The notes beneath the pieces were generated by a model that was not told where the DNA came from, searched no databases, and saw only the letters and a program-made list of their open reading frames with translations. Shown in pieces: positions 9,652 through 20,047 of a DNA stretch of 38,300 nucleotides (position 1 is its first letter; the number at the start of each line of letters is the position of its first letter). The stretch lies in UHGV virus genome UHGV-0186551, one strand, 5' to 3'. The stretch comes from a virus. A program made the translations under genes and the position numbers.

Positions 9652-11069
9652 TACTCAATCCTTATCTGGCAGCCTGACAGAGTGACAGGTGACTTCGTGA
9701 TAACGCGCAATTTGAAACCAATGTTTTTCCTGATGCGCCCTACTTTCTTCCACAAAACGCGTTTGTCGTAAACGAACGGTTCATTCTGCTCAATCATCTG
9801 CTCACGACCGTAATTGATGCCGTCAGTGGTTGCAGAGAGAAAAAGGCGGTCGGCGTACTGCGCAACACCCGTCGATGATTCCACCTCCAGATCGAAGCAT
9901 CTGGCGTTATCCGCTTTGAACAACGGAGTAAACAGCAGGTGTTCCTGCTGCTTGTCGTACTGGCTGCTGATATCGAACTGCAATTTCCCGGTCACGGACT
10001 CCAGCTTATCGCCGCACGTTATCTGATTGCCTTCGTAAATGAAGTCGATAGCGCGGTACACATCGTTATACAGGCCTGTTTTCAGCACACACCATTGCGG
10101 ACCATTGGCGCTTGAAGATGCGTCGTACACGAGGACATGGCGCGGAAGGTGGATAATCAGCAACTCATGCGCATCAAATCGCAGAGACTCCATCACGCCA
10201 TCAGCCAGTTCATCAGCAGTGTAGGAGCGTAGTATTTTCTCAATGCTCGCGCTGGCGATTGGTGATACCTGACCGGAACCGATGATGTACACAGACGGCG
10301 CACCTGTTGCCGGATTGCTGATGAACGCATACGAATCAGCAAACGGCGTTTTGCAGTAGGTTCCGGCAATACCTTTCTGCACCATCAGCGATGGCTGTGC
10401 GACATACAAAGCGGCACCAACGGTGGTTGCACCAGTCAGGGAGAAATATTCAATCGTCGATGAACCAAAGCAGACGATGAAGTCTCGCCATGTGCCGATA
10501 CCGATGATGCCGTCCGGCTGCGATTCTGCGCGATATTGTGCGCTGTAGCGGTCAGGATGCGATTCGTCTTCAGGGTCAGTGATAAACCATGAATCAGTGC
10601 CGTCTTTTGACCACGCATAACGCCCGCGTAAGCGCGTAATGTCACGAACAGAACCTAACTCATACTGCGTGAATCCGCTGTCTGTAGGCCAGTTTGAGAC
10701 TGTTTTAACCGTGCCATCATAACGATACTCGACCAGTTGGCCATTAACGCCTACAGCCTGAGATGTCCGACCATGCGCCATTGATACACGACCACTTCCG
10801 GCGACGTCACCGACTTCACTTTCGCCCTTATACAGCTTGCCACCACATACGCGATAAACAGCATTCTGCGCCATGTTGTACTCGACGCCGCGAGATACAC
10901 CGTTCACATCAGAACGTTTGGCAATGCCCGGGAATGAGCGAAGATATCCGCTGCTGTTGAGTATTTCTTTGGGTGTAGCCAGCATATTCACTGGCAGATA
11001 GTCGATGTAGTCGGCGTTTCGAAAGTCTTTGCCGACACCTTTCATAAGCGGAAGTTGCTGAATCGGCAT
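9651..11069 (-). CDS. Head completion/tail adaptor, P22 gp10-like
   Basis: 472 aa, position after gp4. Confidence 0.85.
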   Translation of the reverse strand: MPIQQLPLMKGVGKDFRNADYIDYLPVNMLATPKEILNSSGYLRSFPGIAKRSDVNGVSRGVEYNMAQNAVYRVCGGKLYKGESEVGDVAGSGRVSMAHGRTSQAVGVNGQLVEYRYDGTVKTVSNWPTDSGFTQYELGSVRDITRLRGRYAWSKDGTDSWFITDPEDESHPDRYSAQYRAESQPDGIIGIGTWRDFIVCFGSSTIEYFSLTGATTVGAALYVAQPSLMVQKGIAGTYCKTPFADSYAFISNPATGAPSVYIIGSGQVSPIASASIEKILRSYTADELADGVMESLRFDAHELLIIHLPRHVLVYDASSSANGPQWCVLKTGLYNDVYRAIDFIYEGNQITCGDKLESVTGKLQFDISSQYDKQQEHLLFTPLFKADNARCFDLEVESSTGVAQYADRLFLSATTDGINYGREQMIEQNEPFVYDKRVLWKKVGRIRKNIGFKLRVITKSPVTLSGCQIRIE

Positions 11070-11078
11070 TTATTCACC

Positions 11079-11540
11079 TCACGTACTCGGATCATCTTTC
11101 TCGATGTAAAACCGATTCCACGTAAACGCGCTTTTGTTACCACTACCGCGAGGCATGTCATTTCGCCGCTCAAGTGGTGGTATTTTGGTTAAAGCGATGC
11201 AAATTGTCTGATATGCGCTGTCAGCAGCGGTCAGGAGAGCATCCGACGGCTGAATGACGTTATCCATGCACACTTGCACAGCGAGTTTCAAAGCGACGCC
11301 ATCATTTGCCCATGCAGGGATACCTGAATCATCGTCAGGTAACGGCATGATGCCGTTTTCTGTATCAGCAAACTGATACCCAAGCTCGATACCTTTCGCC
11401 TGCCATGCTGCCATCATGTCTTCGAGGTCATTAATGGCATCTTCAATTGCCTGAGGGTCAGCATCTGTCAACGTGGCATTGGAATACAGCCCGGCTTTTC
11501 GTAAAGCCTTAAGAACGAGATCACCCTTCGTTTTCGCCAT
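11079..11540 (-). CDS. Head completion protein, P22 gp4-like
   Basis: 153 aa, position downstream of coat. Confidence 0.8.
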   Translation of the reverse strand: MAKTKGDLVLKALRKAGLYSNATLTDADPQAIEDAINDLEDMMAAWQAKGIELGYQFADTENGIMPLPDDDSGIPAWANDGVALKLAVQVCMDNVIQPSDALLTAADSAYQTICIALTKIPPLERRNDMPRGSGNKSAFTWNRFYIEKDDPST

Positions 11541-11709
11541 CTTCTTCCGCCTTAGCCACTTTATGCTTCGTTGCGGTTTCTTCAGGAGTTTTTACCCAGC
11601 CTTTTTTCAGGTGAGATTTAACTTCTTCGTCATCAACAATGATGTAATCGACAGCAAACTGACCACAGGTGATCATGTTGCCCGGCTTATAGAGCATTGT
11701 TCGTGCCAT
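11521..11709 (-). CDS. Small hypothetical protein, 62 aa
   Basis: ATG at 11709 preceded by GGGAGAAG ribosome-binding site; track ORF 11521..11748. Confidence 0.55.
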   Translation of the reverse strand: MARTMLYKPGNMITCGQFAVDYIIVDDEEVKSHLKKGWVKTPEETATKHKVAKAEEDGENEG

Positions 11710-11720
11710 TGTCTTCTCCC

Positions 11721-11745
11721 AATAAAAATGGGGCCGAAGCCCCAC
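11721..11745 (-). terminator. Rho-independent terminator/attenuator immediately after coat gene
   Basis: Hairpin tggggccgaagcccca (perfect 6-bp stem, cgaa loop) followed by U-run on the - transcript. Confidence 0.6.
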
Positions 11746-11750
11746 CAAAA

Positions 11751-13004
11751 TTACTGCCCGGCAATAACGATGCCCGTATATTCAGGAACAAGTACAGAGC
11801 AACCGTACAGAGTGGTGAAACGAGCAGTGGTTACGCCTTTGATGTGGTCGAAGGCATAAGACATGATCAGCGTAGCGCCCTGCTCGGTGGTTGCTGTCAT
11901 TACCTGTGGACCCTGACCAGTCGGGAACGCCAGTTTGCCGTACATCAGTTCAACAGAACCATCAGCCCAGAACAGGTTAGCCGGTGCGGCATTCTTGTTG
12001 AGAATGGTGATTGCTGCGCTACTTGCCGCGTTAGCATCAACGTTTGCATATGGTCGGCTGGCGACATCCGCGTTGTCAGGCGGCAGAATTTTCGGGGAGA
12101 TAGTTACTGTCGTTCCGCTTACTGCCAGAACGCGGAATACCTGCGGCTGCCCGGTGGTATCTTTGGTGATCTGGTGTACGGAATTCACCCCTGCGATGGT
12201 AAACGCATCGCCAACCTGCAAACCTTCAGCAGATACCGTAATGGTCCCCTGTCGGTTATCCACTGGCATATCGTTAGCATCTTTCGCTTCAACCTTGTGC
12301 GCAGGTTCTGCTGCCAGCGTAATGGAAGTTGCTGTACCCTTCGGAACACGACCAGAAATATCGGTCTTGTAGCTATCGAAGGACGCAACCGGAGGGATTT
12401 GCGCTTTTTCGTATGCTGTCAGGGTTGCGCCCTGAGCATAGGCACGGTGACCAAGCTCGCCAGCAAGGTCTTTGTAGTTGAAGGGGTTCCAGAAAGAGCG
12501 ACGGTTGATACCCTGAGGTACACCAATCGCCGTCATGGTGGCATCAATACCTGCCGCACAGTTCCACAAATCACGGCCCTGTGAACCAGTGGTTGAGTCA
12601 GCCATTGTGATCACGTTAGTAGCACGCTGCGTGACCATGGAAATCAGGTCAGAGTCAATCTGTGCAGCAAGGCGCATACCTGCGGCGCGACCAGCTTCAG
12701 TTTTATGTTCCGGGTCACGCATTTCACGCGCATCCAGAGTGTACAGAATGTTTTTCGGCTCCTTGAACACAGAAGGAACAAGGCGCTGAACCAGTGCTGT
12801 TGGCGTTTTGCCGCTGAGATCTAGGCCTTCCTCAATGTTCATGTGGTAATGCTGCGGACGATACAGAACATCACCTGCTCGCTGCATTGCGGTATCACCG
12901 GGACGGAATTTTTTAGCGTTCCGGGAAACTACGCAGGCGGCCTCAAAGCCTTCAACGTAGTTTTCGAACATGATTTCAAGGTCTTTTGCTAATTGGTTAG
13001 CCAT
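11751..13004 (-). CDS. Major capsid (coat) protein, P22 gp5-like
   Basis: 417 aa, position between scaffold and gp4; LFWADGSVEL region resembles P22 coat. Confidence 0.85.
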   Translation of the reverse strand: MANQLAKDLEIMFENYVEGFEAACVVSRNAKKFRPGDTAMQRAGDVLYRPQHYHMNIEEGLDLSGKTPTALVQRLVPSVFKEPKNILYTLDAREMRDPEHKTEAGRAAGMRLAAQIDSDLISMVTQRATNVITMADSTTGSQGRDLWNCAAGIDATMTAIGVPQGINRRSFWNPFNYKDLAGELGHRAYAQGATLTAYEKAQIPPVASFDSYKTDISGRVPKGTATSITLAAEPAHKVEAKDANDMPVDNRQGTITVSAEGLQVGDAFTIAGVNSVHQITKDTTGQPQVFRVLAVSGTTVTISPKILPPDNADVASRPYANVDANAASSAAITILNKNAAPANLFWADGSVELMYGKLAFPTGQGPQVMTATTEQGATLIMSYAFDHIKGVTTARFTTLYGCSVLVPEYTGIVIAGQ

Positions 13005-13022
13005 GCTTAATGCTCCGATAGG

Positions 13023-13916
13023 TTATTTTTTTGCCTTTTTAGCGGCGAAATACGGCGTCCAGTCACCAGTTTCCAGCGCCCTGGCTTTCAGTTTGTCGAG
13101 GTTGTTGATTACTGCGCCGTTGCTCCCCTTAACTGTTGGGGTTGTGGCTGCCGTGGTTTTTGCTTTTGGCATGATTCTGGCCTTCGATTCGATACGTTCC
13201 AGCAGACGACCAATTGCTACGGGGTTGGTAGCTTCTGCCAGTTGCTTGCGCAGTTCAGCGTTGCGACCGAGTGCCAGAACAACGATTTCCGGCTTCTCTG
13301 ACTCAAACAGGATCGCGTTTTGTGTCTCGATGGGGATTTCCTCGAGTACGGCCTGTTCTGCTTCCTGATAGCCAGGAACCTTGAGAGCCTTAACACGTTG
13401 CTGATATTTGGATAATCGCTCTTGATAAGCAGCCTGAAGCTCCTGCTCCTTCTGCTTGCGAGCCATCTCCTGTTGCTGGTACTTTCCGTTATCCTCTGCC
13501 CACTTAGCCATGCGTTGCTGATAGATTTCTTCATCGAAACCGATGTCCTCATCATCCAGTTTTGGCATTCGCGGTGGTTGAGTGATTACCGGCTGCTGCT
13601 CGACGGGTTTCTGAGACTGACGCATCAGCTCTTTCAGCTCGCGGTCTTTCTCTTTAATCGTCTTGCGCAGGTGTTTTACCAGTCCATGCTCTGCGCTATC
13701 TTCGCTGGTTGGCGAATCCAGCTTTTCATCACCAAAGTAGAATTCCTGCTCTGATTCGTCGTCATCAGTTTCAGTAGCTTCCTCTGCATCATTGCCGGAG
13801 GACTCACTGCCATCTTCTGTTTCGACTTCTTCAGCCAGTTCGACATCATCAGGAATCTGCTCTGACGCGTCGGTTTCGATTTCAACTTCTGGTGTGTTTT
13901 CTGCCATCTGGTCCAT
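13023..13916 (-). CDS. Scaffolding protein
   Basis: 297 aa, acidic N-terminus, charged helical composition, position between portal and coat. Confidence 0.75.
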   Translation of the reverse strand: MDQMAENTPEVEIETDASEQIPDDVELAEEVETEDGSESSGNDAEEATETDDDESEQEFYFGDEKLDSPTSEDSAEHGLVKHLRKTIKEKDRELKELMRQSQKPVEQQPVITQPPRMPKLDDEDIGFDEEIYQQRMAKWAEDNGKYQQQEMARKQKEQELQAAYQERLSKYQQRVKALKVPGYQEAEQAVLEEIPIETQNAILFESEKPEIVVLALGRNAELRKQLAEATNPVAIGRLLERIESKARIMPKAKTTAATTPTVKGSNGAVINNLDKLKARALETGDWTPYFAAKKAKK

Positions 13917-14006
13917 TTGTTACCCCTGTTTACTCGATGTTCAGCCCATCGGAAGGCAATAGGGTGCCAGGCCTCATAAAGACAGCCATTGCACGTTATG
14001 GGTTAA

Positions 14007-16205
14007 TTACTGCTGTGGTTGTTGCTGAGTTGATTTTTGCAGGATGCTGCTGATGTCCATGCGCTGCGCATGGCCCTGTGCCTGACTTTTCAGGACAAGC
14101 TCTGCATCAGCACGGGCATTATCTCCTTGCTGTTGCTGGAACTGTCCGAGCAGTTTCAGAGCCTCGCGGATATCAGATTTCTGCTGACTATCGGCAGATG
14201 CGAGTATTTTCACAACATTTGCCGCTGCAACCTGAGCATCAGTCTGTGCCTGGAATGCTTTAACCTGAATGGCTGCCTGTTCGTTCTGCGCTTTCTGCAA
14301 TTCAGCCTGACCAGCAAGAAGCTGACCTTGCGCTGCAACCATAGCCGGATCTGGCTGACTGGCCTGTTGTTGTTTCGCCTGCTCAACCATCTGCTGTTCT
14401 TCTGGTGTTCTCGGCTTGATAACTCCAGACAGAAGCAACTGATTGCGGTTGTATTCTTTAAGGTCGTCCATCCCTTCGCCGTCCATATTGTCGAGAATCA
14501 TCGACGATACAAGGTCGTGCTTCGGCGTTCCTGGTGGGATAAGTGCCAGCATGGAAAGTAACGACTTAACCGTTGCATCACGGCGAGTAGCGAACGACTG
14601 ACCGACATCGACAGTCACTTCATAGTTACCCTGCGAAAGGTCGTTAAGCGCGATAACCTGTCCTGTCTGACGGTCAACCACTTCACCAGTCATCAGCGCC
14701 ACGTCATCGCTGCCATCCTCATTAACGATGCGCATTGGCGTATCGCTGCCATAGACTTCACGAGCCATAGAAAGCCACACGACGCCAGCACGGCGCATGG
14801 ATTTAGCCATGTTGTCCATGTAGATATAGGACTGCGTGTCCATCCGGTTAAAGATGCTATCAACGGTATCGGTAGCGACGTTGCTCGGCATATTCTCAAG
14901 CTGCGACGCACCTGTAATTTGCTGAATAGCCGTTCCGGTGTACTGCAATAGCCCGGCAAGAGCTGGAGGCATTTGTGTCGGAGGTGTCCAGCCAGCAACC
15001 TGAGCCTCTGAAATGACCGTTCCGTTTTTGTCCTTCTTGCTGGTCATGGGAAGAACTGCAGGTCTTTTCTTATTCCTCTCTGCCCAGTGATTCATTAATG
15101 GACCGGGAATGAAATCAACATCCACGATAGGAATGCCATCACCGCCAGCCTGAGTAGCGTTATCTGCAATCATGGAAACCATCAGGTTCTCAAGACGCTG
15201 TGCATCCATCGCTTTTGCTGCGTGGCCTTCGATTCGCTCCTGATTATCAACAAATGAGCGACGCCCATATACCGGGATGAGAGGAATATGTTCACCCGGA
15301 ATACGCTTCGGTTCTTCCAGCCATTCAGCGCCAGACAGAAGACCGCAATAAACGCGGCGCTTCTTCACCGTTCGCTCGCCAATCAGTTCGAATGCACCAT
15401 CGGTCAGCTCGTCGACAATATCTTTGATTTGCTCTTCATCATAGATTGCCGTTTCTCCGCTAACAGGGTTGCGCCACGCCGTGAGCTTCACCTTCTCTAT
15501 GCGAACTTCGTAGTAGCGTCCAACATAGATGGCATCAGGCGTTGACCAGTCATACTGAGTACCAGTGCCATCACGAGAAAGGCTTGCTGCGATGGAATCA
15601 GGGTATTCAGCCTCGAACGCTTTGGGCGTCATGGAGAACATTTCCATAGCCCACATAGCATCAGAGCGGTCATATTGCTTGCTGTCCTGATCGAAGAAGA
15701 CGCATGTCGCCGGGTCGTAAACAGGAAGAAGGCTGATGCGCCGCTGCTCATTACTCGGATCCATTTCATCTTCGTAATCGGCACACATGCGGAAACAACC
15801 GAATCCGCCCGTTACAGCATCATCAAATGCGTTATCACACGCTTCGCCACCGGATGTTTCCTGATAGTCAGCGCGGAATTTGCCGTTCATCTTTTCGGCT
15901 AACGCTTCCGATGCCTTGTCATCCTTCGGCCTGAATTTAACGCTGATGCGATTCTGTCGATACTCGCCAATGATGCGATCACATTCACGGGCAATCTTAT
16001 TCAGTTCAAAACGCGGATAATGCTCAAACCTGCCTTCATCAAATGAGTAACCAGCGTTTGTGCTGCCTTCCCACTGTGCGCCGGATACCCGGACGAAACG
16101 TTGAGCCTCAATAATCTGCTCACGCATATCCTGCGTTGCTGACCAGGCATTATCAAAGTTGCACAGCACCTTGCGATGCCAGTCAGTCATCTTTTTTTCT
16201 GCCAT
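14007..16205 (-). CDS. Portal protein, P22 gp1-like
   Basis: 732 aa; GEHIPLIPVYG and C-terminal PAMVAAQGQLLAGQAELQKAQNEQ / ADAELVLK motifs recalled from P22 portal. Confidence 0.9.
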   Translation of the reverse strand: MAEKKMTDWHRKVLCNFDNAWSATQDMREQIIEAQRFVRVSGAQWEGSTNAGYSFDEGRFEHYPRFELNKIARECDRIIGEYRQNRISVKFRPKDDKASEALAEKMNGKFRADYQETSGGEACDNAFDDAVTGGFGCFRMCADYEDEMDPSNEQRRISLLPVYDPATCVFFDQDSKQYDRSDAMWAMEMFSMTPKAFEAEYPDSIAASLSRDGTGTQYDWSTPDAIYVGRYYEVRIEKVKLTAWRNPVSGETAIYDEEQIKDIVDELTDGAFELIGERTVKKRRVYCGLLSGAEWLEEPKRIPGEHIPLIPVYGRRSFVDNQERIEGHAAKAMDAQRLENLMVSMIADNATQAGGDGIPIVDVDFIPGPLMNHWAERNKKRPAVLPMTSKKDKNGTVISEAQVAGWTPPTQMPPALAGLLQYTGTAIQQITGASQLENMPSNVATDTVDSIFNRMDTQSYIYMDNMAKSMRRAGVVWLSMAREVYGSDTPMRIVNEDGSDDVALMTGEVVDRQTGQVIALNDLSQGNYEVTVDVGQSFATRRDATVKSLLSMLALIPPGTPKHDLVSSMILDNMDGEGMDDLKEYNRNQLLLSGVIKPRTPEEQQMVEQAKQQQASQPDPAMVAAQGQLLAGQAELQKAQNEQAAIQVKAFQAQTDAQVAAANVVKILASADSQQKSDIREALKLLGQFQQQQGDNARADAELVLKSQAQGHAQRMDISSILQKSTQQQPQQ

Positions 16206-16206
16206 A

Positions 16207-17622
16207 TCAACCTACACCACAAGGAATTGAGTAACTGGAATAGTCGGGTTGCGCAGCCGACTCCGGGCAATGCATGCACATCATCAGCGCATCAGCCAGG
16301 TTAGGAGATGGAATGCCGAGCTTCTGCTTCATTTCGACCTTAGTCATAAGCTCCAGCTTCCCGTTGTTATTGAATTTGCGCTGAATCTGCGTCAGTTCTG
16401 CAAACAGCTTCTCCAGCATATTCTCGCCTATTGCTTCTTTGTCGAAGCTCAGCATGTCGTCGGGGTCTGCATACTCACCGTGGACAACCGCCCGATATGT
16501 CAGATACAGCCTGTCAGCCAGCGCGTAATAGAATTGCGCTCGCTTATTGCGGAACACATCACCAATAGTGCGAACGTTGTCGCCCTGTACGACTTCATCA
16601 GACCATGCTCCGGCCTGATACGGCGCATCTTCATCGAATGGCGATTCGCTGCCCTTGAACATCGTGGCGGTGATTTTCTTGCCGGAGAACGCTTCCGTTG
16701 TCTGTCTGCGTAGCCCTGCACCGACACCATCACCATCCCACAGGTAATGGTCAGCGCCGTCTTCAATCGCCAGCGAAGTAGCCCAGTCAGCGCCCTCGTT
16801 GATGTCCATCAGCAGACCTTCGGCAATGCGCTTAACTACCGAACCGTGGCGCGATGCGTAACCTTTAGCATCTGGACCTGTATCTGACGGGTCATGCGCA
16901 GAGACAACAGCGCCTTTCGCTTTCCATCCGAGTTTCTTGTGCGCATCGGTTGCGGCTTCAAGCCATTCACGTTTGATGATTGCCATATCACTTGCGCTTA
17001 CCGGCTCACCAAGCCAGATGTGACGATACAGTGTCGGATTTCTGCGTTTACACTCTTCCATCTCCAGACGGAGAACTTCAGGAAAATGCGGGTTGTCGGT
17101 GTAGTTCACCGTCAGCAGACAAATATCATCGGGAGGATTTACGACGAATCGCTGATAGGTATCGTCGAGGATGTTTTTCGGGTTGAAACTTACCCATATT
17201 TCAGAGAACGGCTTACGGATGGTTGGAATCAGGATATCCCACGATTCCTTCGTTACCGCTTCCGCTTCTTCCACCCAGCAGATATCAATGCCTTCGAGCG
17301 ATTTAATCTTCGTCGGGTTGTTTTTGATGCCGTAGAACATGAACTCAGCATTCGTTCCGAGATGACGAATCATTGAACGCTGAATTTCAAACTCAGCCGA
17401 ATATCCTTCACGCTCGATGGTATCTTCAAGTAACCTGATTACCGAATCGCTGATACTGTTTTGCAGTTCACGAGCGCAGAGAATACGCACTGGCTGCCGA
17501 CGCGCCGCTTCAACAAGCAGCCTCGCAATTGCCCATGACTTACCGCTACCTCGACCGCCTTTGGCGACTTTGTAGCGATGCGCCTCAATGAACGGTTCAA
17601 AGATAGGATTAATCGTGGTCAT
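16207..17622 (-). CDS. Terminase large subunit
   Basis: 471 aa; Walker A-like GGRGSGKS near N-terminus; position after TerS. Confidence 0.9.
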   Translation of the reverse strand: MTTINPIFEPFIEAHRYKVAKGGRGSGKSWAIARLLVEAARRQPVRILCARELQNSISDSVIRLLEDTIEREGYSAEFEIQRSMIRHLGTNAEFMFYGIKNNPTKIKSLEGIDICWVEEAEAVTKESWDILIPTIRKPFSEIWVSFNPKNILDDTYQRFVVNPPDDICLLTVNYTDNPHFPEVLRLEMEECKRRNPTLYRHIWLGEPVSASDMAIIKREWLEAATDAHKKLGWKAKGAVVSAHDPSDTGPDAKGYASRHGSVVKRIAEGLLMDINEGADWATSLAIEDGADHYLWDGDGVGAGLRRQTTEAFSGKKITATMFKGSESPFDEDAPYQAGAWSDEVVQGDNVRTIGDVFRNKRAQFYYALADRLYLTYRAVVHGEYADPDDMLSFDKEAIGENMLEKLFAELTQIQRKFNNNGKLELMTKVEMKQKLGIPSPNLADALMMCMHCPESAAQPDYSSYSIPCGVG

Positions 17623-18059
17623 TTTCCGAATAGAGTGCTCATCGGTGATGTTTCAATCTGAATTGCGCCGCCGTCTTTGCCTGTTAGCTCGTGATCAACC
17701 TTGTCGCGCCATTTATCCTTCTGTCGGTTCTTAAGCCAGAAGATGGCAGCGGTTGTATCAGGCGGGTAATACTTCTCAAGCGAAGTTTCGACAATTCTGT
17801 TTTCAATAACACGAATATCGATATCTGGAGCCACGAAGCCCATAGCGCGTTGATAAAGACGATCACTAACTTCTGCATCAGCGACGGCCTTACCCTTTTT
17901 TATGGACTCTAAAAACTCCGGATATTCCGATTTCCAATTGTTGATTGTTGCCTCGCTAACTTCAAAGAAGTCCGCGAGTTCGGCGTCTGTATAGCCCAGC
18001 AAGCACAGTTTGCGTGCCTGTTCGGCATACGCCTCTTGATACTTCGTTGGGCGCGCCAT
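17619..18059 (-). CDS. Terminase small subunit (headful type)
   Basis: 146 aa, helix-turn-helix-like N-terminus, immediately upstream of and overlapping TerL. Confidence 0.75.
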   Translation of the reverse strand: MARPTKYQEAYAEQARKLCLLGYTDAELADFFEVSEATINNWKSEYPEFLESIKKGKAVADAEVSDRLYQRAMGFVAPDIDIRVIENRIVETSLEKYYPPDTTAAIFWLKNRQKDKWRDKVDHELTGKDGGAIQIETSPMSTLFGK

Positions 18060-18061
18060 GT

Positions 18062-18304
18062 TTATGCTCCGGTAGTGAACAGGTCTAACGCTTCCTTCGA
18101 TTTACGCACCGCTTCGATAGTGCGGGTCGTGATATCTGAATTAGCGCCGCCTGACTGGAAGTGAATTTTGAATAGCTCAAGCTTCAGTTCGTCAGTGCCA
18201 ATGAACTGAAATGCTTCCTCTGCGGCTGCGTTCTGGTTCATGACCAGCTTGTAAATCTCTAACTGGAATTTCTGTTCTTCAGTCATGGGAATAATCTCTG
18301 CCAT
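18062..18304 (-). CDS. Hypothetical protein, 80 aa
   Basis: ATG-initiated ORF directly upstream of TerS. Confidence 0.6.
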   Translation of the reverse strand: MAEIIPMTEEQKFQLEIYKLVMNQNAAAEEAFQFIGTDELKLELFKIHFQSGGANSDITTRTIEAVRKSKEALDLFTTGA

Positions 18305-18656
18305 TGTTGGCTCCGTTTATCCGTTAAAAGGGATATCAGTTAAGTTATCCCGTGTAGGGTATAAGCCATTGTCGAGACCACTCATTGAATGGTCTCTGCA
18401 ATAACCGATGTCTTTCCATCAGTCCGCCACCACAAAGAATCTTTTTTGCCATCAGGCAAGAGGTTCATCTTTCAGTGGCTGCCAGTGTTATTTCCCCACT
18501 TTCTGGCTTGGTTTGCTTCGTGGTACTGCCGCAACTGGTGGTGCACAGACTTAGTTAAATCTGTTCTCGCCTGAACTATCTTTTACATACCCGGATTGTG
18601 GGGATGTAAATCACGGTTTCATTATCAAGCCCACCCGTAGATGGGCTTTGTAATGG

Positions 18657-18914
18657 CTACTTCGCTTTTGCTTCCGCTCGCTTACGCCGGCGCTCTTCTT
18701 TCCTCTCGGCTTTTGCCATGTCCACGAATGCCTGCATGATCGAGTTCCGCATCATGTAGCTAACAAAGTGATGATTGACACAGCCGTTGAGGCGCAGCTG
18801 CTCGCCAAACTCATCCACCGAGGCCAATGCTTCCATCATGCCCTTCTCGCCTTTCATGAACTCTGAGAAGTCGCGCCCCGCTCTGGAGGCGCATTCAATG
18901 ACACGATCACTCAT
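18657..18914 (-). CDS. Hypothetical protein, 85 aa, basic C-terminal tail; translationally coupled to the KilA-N gene
   Basis: Start overlaps the KilA-N stop by 4 nt. Confidence 0.65.
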   Translation of the reverse strand: MSDRVIECASRAGRDFSEFMKGEKGMMEALASVDEFGEQLRLNGCVNHHFVSYMMRNSIMQAFVDMAKAERKEERRRKRAEAKAK

Positions 18915-19408
18915 CCCGGAAGCCCGGGGATCGTTATCTGCAGCTGGTTAGCCAGGGAGTTAATCTCAGCGACCAACACTGGCTTCGTATAGCGCCATGC
19001 CGCCAGCCCTTGTCCACAGAAGCTCGCCATATCTTTTTTCTGATCAAACTCATGACACTTCATATTGAGCTGCGCACTTAAGCTGTTGCGATGCTGAAGT
19101 TCTCCGGTGAAGTAGTCATCCAGGACTTTATAGGCTGCATATTTAAATCCGGGGTTTAGCCATGCTGCATAATCATAAGCAACAAACTTCCCGCCATATG
19201 TTCCACCGTGTACACCGCGCTCAGTAAAAACCACAGATTCGTGGTTTTTCTCCAGCTCGGCTAAGAACTCTTTGGTCTGCTTGTTTCGCAGGTAGTGGTA
19301 CGGAGATTCAGATTCACTTTTACCACTGGCTTTCCACATATCAGTGAGGCAGATCATGCCATCTTCACCGATACGAATTGGTTGATTGAAGAGGGTTAAT
19401 GATTTCAT
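18911..19408 (-). CDS. KilA-N domain protein, 165 aa
   Basis: IRIGEDGMICLTDMWKASGK...LRNKQTKEFLAELEK...AYDYAAWLNPGFKYAAYKVLDDY matches the KilA-N pattern. Confidence 0.7.
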   Translation of the reverse strand: MKSLTLFNQPIRIGEDGMICLTDMWKASGKSESESPYHYLRNKQTKEFLAELEKNHESVVFTERGVHGGTYGGKFVAYDYAAWLNPGFKYAAYKVLDDYFTGELQHRNSLSAQLNMKCHEFDQKKDMASFCGQGLAAWRYTKPVLVAEINSLANQLQITIPGLPG

Positions 19409-19521
19409 AGCGTGTACCTACTCTTTGAAATGAACCTTTGCCGCACAGGAAACCAGCCCACCGAGGCTCGCCAGCACTAACTGGTATCCTCAAAGGCCCA
19501 TTCCAAAGGGGCAGGTTCGGT

Positions 19522-19578
19522 ATAAAAAACATGCGTTGCGGTACGCATTTATTGCAAAAAGCCCCGCATCGCGAGGCT
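19522..19578 (-). terminator. Tandem rho-independent terminators downstream of Rz
   Basis: Two hairpins (gcctcgcgatgcggggc and atgcgtaccgcaacgcat on the - transcript), each followed by a U-run. Confidence 0.55.
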
Positions 19579-19609
19579 CATTAAATTGACTTTGTGATTT
19601 GCAAAAAAA

Positions 19610-20047
19610 TTATTTCAGGCATTGCGTCCTGATGTACTCCTGCAGGTAGTTAACCTGCGCGGTTATCCTGTCGATTCCGCTTCGTAGACGGTAATAATTG
19701 AGTTCAGCATCTGCTGTAAGTCTTGGGCTTTCTCCATCGCCCATGCTGCTGGCTCCGGTCGTTGACTTTGCACAGGTGGCGGCGACTTGCAGGCGCTTAC
19801 GCCCAGCAGAAACATCAGCACGGAGGCTTTCGATAGTCGCGTTAGCATCAGCAAGCTCCTTTGTGTATCTGGCGTCAAGTTCTGCTACATCACGTTGACG
19901 CTTCTGCATGTCAGCGATTGTGGATGTGGCCTTATCGCGCTGCTCTTTGTAGGCGATTGCATTATCACGGTAATGATTAACAGCCCATGACAGGCAGACG
20001 ATGATGCAGATAATCAGAGCGGAGATAATCGCGGTTAATCTGCTCAT
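19610..20047 (-). CDS. Rz: Spanin inner-membrane subunit Rz
   Basis: N-terminus [28 protein letters not shown] recalled from lambda Rz; overlaps R stop. Confidence 0.9.
   Translation of the reverse strand: MSRLTAIISALIICIIVCLSWAVNHYRDNAIAYKEQRDKATSTIADMQKRQRDVAELDARYTKELADANATIESLRADVSAGRKRLQVAATCAKSTTGASSMGDGESPRLTADAELNYYRLRSGIDRITAQVNYLQEYIRTQCLK
19663..19848 (-). CDS. Rz1: Spanin outer-membrane lipoprotein Rz1, embedded in Rz in the +1 frame
   Basis: Lipobox LLGVSAC and Pro-rich region; start uncertain (ATG at 19848 or 19815). Confidence 0.6.
   Translation of the reverse strand: MLTRLSKASVLMFLLGVSACKSPPPVQSQRPEPAAWAMEKAQDLQQMLNSIITVYEAESTG

Noticed and set aside
11697-12584. 295-aa + strand ORF
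   Set aside because: Antisense to the coat gene, Cys/Arg-rich translation typical of a wrong-frame shadow ORF
14037-14561. 174-aa + strand ORF (and similar + ORFs at 16249..16713 and 16894..17376)
   Set aside because: Antisense to portal and terminase genes, which have clear homology; no independent signals
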